A stretch of DNA of 64,000 nucleotides from an uncultured Pseudomonadales bacterium (lineage in GTDB: Bacteria; Patescibacteriota; Microgenomatia; UBA1400; PJMF01), in contig CAZUHV010000001.1 in assembly GCA_964620965.1 (NCBI GenBank), positions 213,839 through 277,838 on the forward strand. The letters are read 5' to 3'. The first letter of the stretch is position 1; each line of letters opens with the position of its first letter. The position numbers were made by a program, and so were the translations under genes. The notes below the pieces were generated by a model. It saw only the letters and a list, made by a program, of their open reading frames with translations, did not search any database and was not told the origin of the DNA. Below, piece by piece: positions 57,915-64,000 of the stretch.

Positions 57915-58724
57915 TTAGTCAGCTGTAAATAATCTGTCTGAGAAATCCCAGAAAGCATCATTTCCTGCAAGTTTGAAGACACACTCTGCAGCTTCAGCAG
58001 CTTTTTGAGCGCTTGGATGGAAAGATAATGGATAGTGTCGATAGACCCAACCAATATCGTTTCCGTAATCTTCCATAAGTTGTGTCATAGTAGGGTGAAA
58101 TCTTTCACAGAATGGACACTCATAGTCTGAGTATTCAACTAAGACAACTCTTGCACCTTTTTTACCTCTGTAGTTATCATCATTGGTAACTGCAGGAGCG
58201 TTTGCGACATCTGCTGATAAGGTAGGATCAATTGCTCCACCATTGACATATTTTTCAACAATTGGCTTAACTTGTTCGTATGGTAATGCTCCACCAATTA
58301 GTTCTGCTGGTTTACCATCAACAAAGATAATTGTTCCTGGAGTTCCTTGAACACCACCTGTTTGACCACCGGCCATTTGAGCAGCAACTCTGTCTGCCAT
58401 TTCACCAGAGTCAATACATTTTTGAAGATCTGCTTCCTTAACTTTTGTAACATCTGTTGCTTTTGCAACTAATGCTGGAATAGTTAGGTTTCTTGCAGCA
58501 GCTACTTCGCCTGTGCCTGCATCAGCTGTAGGAGCAGCAACACCAGTTCCACCAGCATAACCACCACCTTTTAATACTTTATTTTCGGTCCACAATGAAC
58601 CAACAAAGAATCCACCAAAGAAAAATGCAACCATTAATACAATGAGCACAAAATTTTCTTGGAGAAAGTTCATGAAACTCTGAAGTGAATATGGATTTTC
58701 AGAGCTTGGTTGAGCTTTTGCCAT
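57915..58724 (-). CDS. Membrane-anchored DsbA/BdbD-family thiol-disulfide oxidoreductase, circularly permuted
   Basis: EYSDYECPFC, RHYPL and AAEAAEC in the C-terminal half; GVQGTPG and GALPYE in the N-terminal half. Confidence 0.85.
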   Translation of the reverse strand: MAKAQPSSENPYSLQSFMNFLQENFVLIVLMVAFFFGGFFVGSLWTENKVLKGGGYAGGTGVAAPTADAGTGEVAAARNLTIPALVAKATDVTKVKEADLQKCIDSGEMADRVAAQMAGGQTGGVQGTPGTIIFVDGKPAELIGGALPYEQVKPIVEKYVNGGAIDPTLSADVANAPAVTNDDNYRGKKGARVVLVEYSDYECPFCERFHPTMTQLMEDYGNDIGWVYRHYPLSFHPSAQKAAEAAECVFKLAGNDAFWDFSDRLFTAD

Positions 58725-58887
58725 CTTTAATTTCCTTTCTTACTTTATTACATACACAATTGCGAAGGGACGCAAACGTAACTATAATCTTCATACACTT
58801 TCTCAAAAAAAACAAGTACTATTTATTGTAGTAATTAAACTAAAATTTAAGTTGTATACTACTCTTATATAAAAAGAGTAATAAATC

Positions 58888-59661
58888 ATGCAAAATTCAA
58901 ATAAGCGAATCTTAAGTCCATACGAAAAAAACCAATTACGAAAGTATGGTATTCCTGAATCATTAGCACTGGAAACTGAAAGTCCTGTCGAATATTTAAC
59001 AAACCATGTTGAGTTTTGTGGACTAGATTTTTATGTTACTACTGATGTCTTAATACCCCGAATTGAAACTGAAGAACTTGTTGACATGGCAGTAAAAGAA
59101 GCCCAAACAGCATATGAAAAACTGGAAGCAAATACAAACACTCCAAAAAAATTACAAATTCTTGACGTTGGAACCGGGAGTGGAGCAATTGCAATCTGCG
59201 TTGCTAAACGCTTAATTGAACTAAAAATTCCATTTGAATTTCTTGCAACTGAAGTTTCTAAACCAGCACTAGAGATTGCACAAAAAAATGCAATGCATCT
59301 TGTTCCAAATGCTCAAATCACATTTAAACAAAATGATCTGCTTGATGGCATAACCCAAAAATTTGACCTTATTATTGCGAACTTACCGTATATTCCAAAA
59401 CAAAGAATTGAATACCTAGATGAAAGTGTGAGAGGTTTCGAGCCTCATGTTGCCCTAGATGGAGGTAACAGTGGTCTTGTATTAATCCACAAAATGATCC
59501 GACAAGCCGAAAAATTGGTACATCCTCATACAAAAATCATGCTCGAGGTTGATTACACACATGGATATGATGATTTTAATGAGTTTCGAGAAACCTGGAA
59601 TATATTGGTAACCCCAGATTCTAGTGAAGGCGTACACTTCATAGAGTTGTGGAAAAAATAA
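58888..59661 (+). CDS. prmC: Release factor glutamine methyltransferase HemK/PrmC, short N-terminus
   Basis: VLIPRIETEELV, LDVGTGSGAI, ANLPYI, EPHVALDGG. Confidence 0.9.
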   Translation: MQNSNKRILSPYEKNQLRKYGIPESLALETESPVEYLTNHVEFCGLDFYVTTDVLIPRIETEELVDMAVKEAQTAYEKLEANTNTPKKLQILDVGTGSGAIAICVAKRLIELKIPFEFLATEVSKPALEIAQKNAMHLVPNAQITFKQNDLLDGITQKFDLIIANLPYIPKQRIEYLDESVRGFEPHVALDGGNSGLVLIHKMIRQAEKLVHPHTKIMLEVDYTHGYDDFNEFRETWNILVTPDSSEGVHFIELWKK

Positions 59662-59682
59662 GATTACGTTACTATAAAATCC

Positions 59683-60648
59683 ATGTACTCAAATTTTTCT
59701 GAACAAGCAAATCAACCTTTAAACCATAAAATTCCAACCACAGTTTTCTCTGGCTTTCTTGGATCTGGTAAAACAACTATTATTTCGAACCTCATTGAGG
59801 TTTTGCAAAAAAGAGGTGAGCAAGTTATCTATATCAAAAATGAAATAGGCGACACCGATATTGATGGAAAAGTTTTAGAGGGAAAAGGTATAAAAACAAA
59901 AGAGCTTTTAAATGGCTGTATATGTTGCACTCTAGTTGGACCATTTATTTCTTCTATCACCGAAGTTGTAGAAACATTCAATCCAGACAGAATTTTGATA
60001 GAAGCCTCAGGAGCAGCCGATCCAAGCGCATTAGCACTTATGATTTCATCTCATCCACTACTTGAAAGAGACGGTGTTATTGGCATTGTTGACGTCGTTA
60101 ATTTTGAAGGATATAAAGATCTTAGTATCACTGCACAAAACCAAACAAAATTTACAGATCTATTGGTATTTAATAAAGTCGAACTAGCAGATCTACAGCA
60201 AAAAAAAGCTGTTGTTGGCTATGTCCGCGAACTAAATACTCACTCTCCAATTGTTGAGGCTCCAAACGGTCACGTAGATCCAGATGTCATTTTTGGTCTA
60301 AATACTTCTGAACTTGACCAACTGCTTTCCAGAAGCCATGAAACCCACCATGATCATATAGAACATGATGAAATTGAGGCATTTACTGTATATAGTGAGC
60401 AAAATTTTCTACAAACACAAATAGAAAACCTTATGCAAAACCTACCTAAAAATATATTCAGAAGTAAGGGATTTTTCACTACCCCTCAGGATGAAATATT
60501 CATATTTAACACTGTTGGAAAACGCACAACTTTCACCCCTGCTCCCAAAAAATTTGATACTCAAAAACACAAAACCATTGTTGTTTGTATTGGGTATCAC
60601 GCAAATGAGCTTGAAACACAAGTGAGCGAATCACTCAAAAATTTATAA
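59683..60648 (+). CDS. COG0523/CobW-family metallochaperone GTPase
   Basis: GFLGSGKTT, NEIG, GCICC, EASG, NKVE, His-rich linker, RSKG. Confidence 0.9.
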   Translation: MYSNFSEQANQPLNHKIPTTVFSGFLGSGKTTIISNLIEVLQKRGEQVIYIKNEIGDTDIDGKVLEGKGIKTKELLNGCICCTLVGPFISSITEVVETFNPDRILIEASGAADPSALALMISSHPLLERDGVIGIVDVVNFEGYKDLSITAQNQTKFTDLLVFNKVELADLQQKKAVVGYVRELNTHSPIVEAPNGHVDPDVIFGLNTSELDQLLSRSHETHHDHIEHDEIEAFTVYSEQNFLQTQIENLMQNLPKNIFRSKGFFTTPQDEIFIFNTVGKRTTFTPAPKKFDTQKHKTIVVCIGYHANELETQVSESLKNL

Positions 60649-60680
60649 TTACTATACCTCTGCATAATATAGCAACAAAG

Positions 60681-61259
60681 TTACACACCAAATAAAAACT
60701 GTCGTAACTCTTCTAATTTTTTTGGATGTTTCATTAATTTCAATAAATGAAGCGTCAACTCTTTATCACGGAATTTATCTTCATAAATAACATCCAAAAA
60801 TTCTTCCCAAGTTACATATTTTAGTTTAATTTTTTCTCCAGCATCTGGAGTGATCTCTGCTCTTGTCTCACAACCTCTTGCAACAAAAATATAAATTGGC
60901 CATTCAACCTTTGTTACTGGCTGAATGCTATACCAAAGCTCCATGTCATTTGTGAAAGAGCCTGTCTCTTCTAGTAGCTCTCTATGTGCTGCATCCACAA
61001 CGTCTTCTTCTGGGTCGACAATACCTCCAACCAAACTAATGAATTCTTCCATATCTGGTTGTTCTTGAATTGTTAAAATAATTTTACCGTCTGCAGTAAT
61101 GGGAAAAATACCAACGGAGGGTCTTCTACTTACTTTTTCGAATGTTTGAGTAGAACCATCAAACATCTCTTGTTCCCATTGCCAGACATCAAAAAGTATT
61201 CCTTCAAACACTTTCTTTGCATGTGAAGGCAGTGGTTGTTCAGATTTTGGATATTCCAT
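60681..61259 (-). CDS. NUDIX hydrolase
   Basis: Nudix box GGIVDPEEDVVDAAHRELLEETG. Confidence 0.88.
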   Translation of the reverse strand: MEYPKSEQPLPSHAKKVFEGILFDVWQWEQEMFDGSTQTFEKVSRRPSVGIFPITADGKIILTIQEQPDMEEFISLVGGIVDPEEDVVDAAHRELLEETGSFTNDMELWYSIQPVTKVEWPIYIFVARGCETRAEITPDAGEKIKLKYVTWEEFLDVIYEDKFRDKELTLHLLKLMKHPKKLEELRQFLFGV

Positions 61260-61264
61260 ACGGT

Positions 61265-62281
61265 CTATTTATGTTCCTGAGATTTAAGAGCTTTTTTATG
61301 TTCTCTTTCAAATGAAGGATCATCAACGTCTTCAACATGCTCTTTAGTAAGTTGTAATCTTTCTAAAGTCATAATCAAGAAAATTGCAACTATACAAAGT
61401 AAAATCGCAATAACAACACTATAATCAAAACCAGCTGGTAAAACATTTTGTTGGACAATTGGAACTTCAATACCATGAGAATTAATTCTTGTGGTAATAG
61501 TCTCTTTCCATGGCCAAATTTTTCTTAGAGAGCCAATCATAAAACCTGTTAATGAAGCTATTACAATATCGTGGTGGTTTTTAAAAAGCCAACTAAGCAA
61601 ACGACTAAACAGCGCTAGTCCAAGAACTGCTCCAATGCCTACAAAACCAATTGTGATAATATCAAAAGACTTAACAGCTTCAATTATTTGCTCATATTTT
61701 CCCATTATTAGAAGTAAAAAAGATCCTGATATACCTGGTAAAATCATTGCGCATATTGCAATAGCACCAGAGAGCACGAACGTAATAGGATTTGCTGGAG
61801 TTTCTACTGGTACTGCTCCGACAAGTTGATACGCTATTACGGTAAACACTAACATAAATGCTATATCTCTGAGATCCCAAGTAACTATACGTTTACTTAC
61901 TAAAAATACAGAGGCTAAAACTAAACCAAAGAAAAATGACCAAACAAAAACTGGCTGAGTTGTTAAGAGATGTGAAAGTAAATTTGTAAGAGATAAAACT
62001 GCACCTGCAATACCAAGCCCAAGTGGAATCAAAAAGTGAAATGGAATAGTTTCCCATGCTTCTTTAAACTTGCCCTTTATTAATAAACGAGGCACCTGAC
62101 CACTCAGTAATTTAATCGCGTTAAGCAACTCCTCATAAATACCAAAAATAAAGGCTATCGTTCCCCCAGAAACACCTGGAACTATGTCAGCAGATCCCAT
62201 CGTAAAACCTGTAAAAAACAAACGAAGATGATCCTTAAATGTATGTTTTGGTTTTCTTTGAAACAGTTTGAGAATATTCAT
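61265..62281 (-). CDS. DUF368 family membrane protein (undecaprenyl-phosphate translocase family)
   Basis: MGSADIVPGVSGGTIA, AMILPGISGSFLLL, GSLRKIWPW; start probably 62281. Confidence 0.88.
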   Translation of the reverse strand: MNILKLFQRKPKHTFKDHLRLFFTGFTMGSADIVPGVSGGTIAFIFGIYEELLNAIKLLSGQVPRLLIKGKFKEAWETIPFHFLIPLGLGIAGAVLSLTNLLSHLLTTQPVFVWSFFFGLVLASVFLVSKRIVTWDLRDIAFMLVFTVIAYQLVGAVPVETPANPITFVLSGAIAICAMILPGISGSFLLLIMGKYEQIIEAVKSFDIITIGFVGIGAVLGLALFSRLLSWLFKNHHDIVIASLTGFMIGSLRKIWPWKETITTRINSHGIEVPIVQQNVLPAGFDYSVVIAILLCIVAIFLIMTLERLQLTKEHVEDVDDPSFEREHKKALKSQEHK

Positions 62282-62388
62282 ATTTTTTCTTTCTAGGTAT
62301 GAACCATCATACACCAAGCACAACTAGATTTCTATAAAATAATCTACTACTTCCATTAGTATAAAAAGTACGGCAAAATATAAACTAT

Positions 62389-62907
62389 ATGAAATTATTA
62401 TTTAAATTAACAATAGTACTTGTTTTAGCAACCATTTTTACTGGATGCACACTCCTAAAAAAAGCTCCTGTAAATTCTGAATCTGTGCAATTAGAGCAAA
62501 GTCCTACAACAACGCAAGAAACAGCTCCTTCTAATACTGCTCCAGAGAATCAGGGTTTAGAACATAAATATGTAACCTATTCCCCAGAGTTAATTGCACA
62601 GTATTCCGCACAAGGCAAAAAAGTCATCTTATTCTTCCACGCAGGATGGTGTCCAACATGTAGAGCTGCAGAAAAAGACATCACTGCTAGAGCTACAGAA
62701 ATCCCTGCTGATATTGTCATACTTAAAGTTGACTATGATACATATGGTGATTTAAAAAAGAAATATAACGTAACCTATCAGCATACTTTTGTTCAGGTTG
62801 ATGGTGAAGGCAACGAGATTACCACATGGAATGGGGGAGATTTAGACGAAATTAATAAAAACATTAAATTGTCATTCTGTGACCCTGCAAACAAAAATAG
62901 CTGCTAA
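62389..62907 (+). CDS. Thioredoxin-like lipoprotein
   Basis: Lipobox FTGC, FFHAGWCPTC, YNVTYQHT. Confidence 0.82.
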   Translation: MKLLFKLTIVLVLATIFTGCTLLKKAPVNSESVQLEQSPTTTQETAPSNTAPENQGLEHKYVTYSPELIAQYSAQGKKVILFFHAGWCPTCRAAEKDITARATEIPADIVILKVDYDTYGDLKKKYNVTYQHTFVQVDGEGNEITTWNGGDLDEINKNIKLSFCDPANKNSC

Positions 62908-62914
62908 GGAAACA

Positions 62915-63670
62915 CTACTCTGGAGCGTACTCCACATCTTCTTCTTTAATGCGGCGAACCCAATTTCCTGATTTCTGTTCTTCAACAATATGGGCAATAC
63001 TTCCTGCAACTCTAGCAAGGCCAAAGAGCGCATTTCCAGCAATTGGGTCAATTCCTAAAGTAAGAAGCAGTGCTGCAATTGCACCATCAATATTGAGCAC
63101 AAGTTTACGATTCAATTTTTGCTCAAGGCTATGCTCCATCTGTTTTGCAAGGTTCATATACTCAATTTCAAGCTCAGCTTTTCTGGCAATCTCAAATAAA
63201 AGTTTCGCTCTTGGATCAACTTTTGTGTATTTTGGATGTCCAAATCCAGGAACCCGTTTTTTTTCAAATCTATAAGAATCTATCAGCCTTTCACAAGCCT
63301 GTTCCTTATCTTCTCCATCTTGAGAAACTTGGAGCAAAACATGCATTGCCCCTGTAATTGCTCCACCATGATATGGACCAAGTGCTAATAAAGAACTTGC
63401 CATACAAGTTAAAATATCATTTCCTGAACTTGCAACTACTCTTGGAACAAAACCACTTGCTGGATTGATTCCATGATCTATACTTGCCACCAAAATTGCA
63501 TTAAGAACTTTTTTTTCATTTTTCTTTGGTTTTCTGCCAACCATTGACAAAAACAAAGTAGAAACAAAATCGGCTTCTTCTACAAGCTCCAACAGTGGAA
63601 CGCCTCGAAGCATAATTCCTTTTGTCGTATGCCCACTAATAGCTGTAACAAATGTTAAATCTTGAGACAT
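62915..63670 (-). CDS. Citryl-CoA lyase / citrate synthase-like C-terminal domain protein
   Basis: IDHG, GPYHGGA, VPGFGHP, DPRA, LNIDGAIAA; 251 aa, shorter than a citrate synthase. Confidence 0.8.
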   Translation of the reverse strand: MSQDLTFVTAISGHTTKGIMLRGVPLLELVEEADFVSTLFLSMVGRKPKKNEKKVLNAILVASIDHGINPASGFVPRVVASSGNDILTCMASSLLALGPYHGGAITGAMHVLLQVSQDGEDKEQACERLIDSYRFEKKRVPGFGHPKYTKVDPRAKLLFEIARKAELEIEYMNLAKQMEHSLEQKLNRKLVLNIDGAIAALLLTLGIDPIAGNALFGLARVAGSIAHIVEEQKSGNWVRRIKEEDVEYAPE

Positions 63671-63697
63671 GGTTTGTGCTTTGTACTAGTTACTATC

Positions 63698-64000
63698 TTA
63701 CAAATCAGCTGCTGCTTTTTTGAGTAACTCTACTATATCGTCTGGACTCTCTGCAATCAAGGCTCCAGAATTTTTTAAGGCGTCTATCTTGCTTGCCCGA
63801 GTACCAAACTTCTTGCTCACAATTGCTCCTGCATGACCAAACGCAACTCCTTGTGGAAGATGTTCTGCGAACTTTCCGGAAATAAAAGCTACTACAGGTT
63901 TTGAGAACTTACTTTCTAACATTGCTTGTGCCAAATCTTCTTCATAACTTCCACCAATCTCCCCAACCACAACTACTGCCCAAGCCTCAGTGTCTTTTGC
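63698..64000 (-). CDS. SucD/ATP-citrate-lyase alpha-type CoA ligase subunit (5' end outside the window)
   Basis: Frame open to the window edge; VGEIGG..EE, KPVVAFISG, FGHAGA phospho-His motif. Confidence 0.8.
   Translation of the reverse strand, partial: AKDTEAWAVVVVGEIGGSYEEDLAQAMLESKFSKPVVAFISGKFAEHLPQGVAFGHAGAIVSKKFGTRASKIDALKNSGALIAESPDDIVELLKKAAADL

Noticed and set aside
1-64000. Alternative genetic code 25 (TGA=Gly) as in Gracilibacteria/Absconditabacteria
   Set aside because: All conserved genes are full length under the standard code and TGA ends genes such as ftsE at ATGA overlaps
1-64000. CRISPR array, tRNA/rRNA genes, IS elements
   Set aside because: No regularly spaced repeats, cloverleaf or T-loop signatures, or transposase ORFs found by eye in the intergenic gaps; tRNAscan-SE would be the definitive check

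Overview
AT-rich bacterial chromosome segment read with the standard genetic code (TGA is a stop). It is most consistent with a Patescibacteria/CPR genome, probably Microgenomates-type; this is an inference from the missing rpmD/L30 in the spc cluster, the short AlaRS, and the DUF4012, sortase and baseplate-J-like membrane proteins. The core is a ~29 kb minus-strand superoperon: rpoBC-str-S10-spc-alpha-rplM-rpsI. Left of it are a FemAB/DegT/MurF/hydrolase cell-wall operon, prfB, ftsEX with a C39-like peptidase, HU and an ABC-2 transporter with four permeases. Right of it are mltG-ruvX, a GC-rich orphan gene, sortase, alaS under a T-box riboswitch, a DsbA-family gene, prmC, a COG0523 GTPase, DUF368 and a citryl-CoA lyase next to a SucD/ACL-type gene. 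I found no rRNA, tRNA, CRISPR array, IS element or prophage. The best leads are an apparently naturally circularly permuted DsbA, a complete Ala T-box, repeated leaderless-gene architecture, a GC-rich orphan secreted-protein gene with a strong promoter and structured leader, FtsE with a MinD-like amphipathic helix in a disordered tail, and an unannotated 59-aa ORF closing the ribosomal superoperon. All calls come from reading the sequence; no searches were run.
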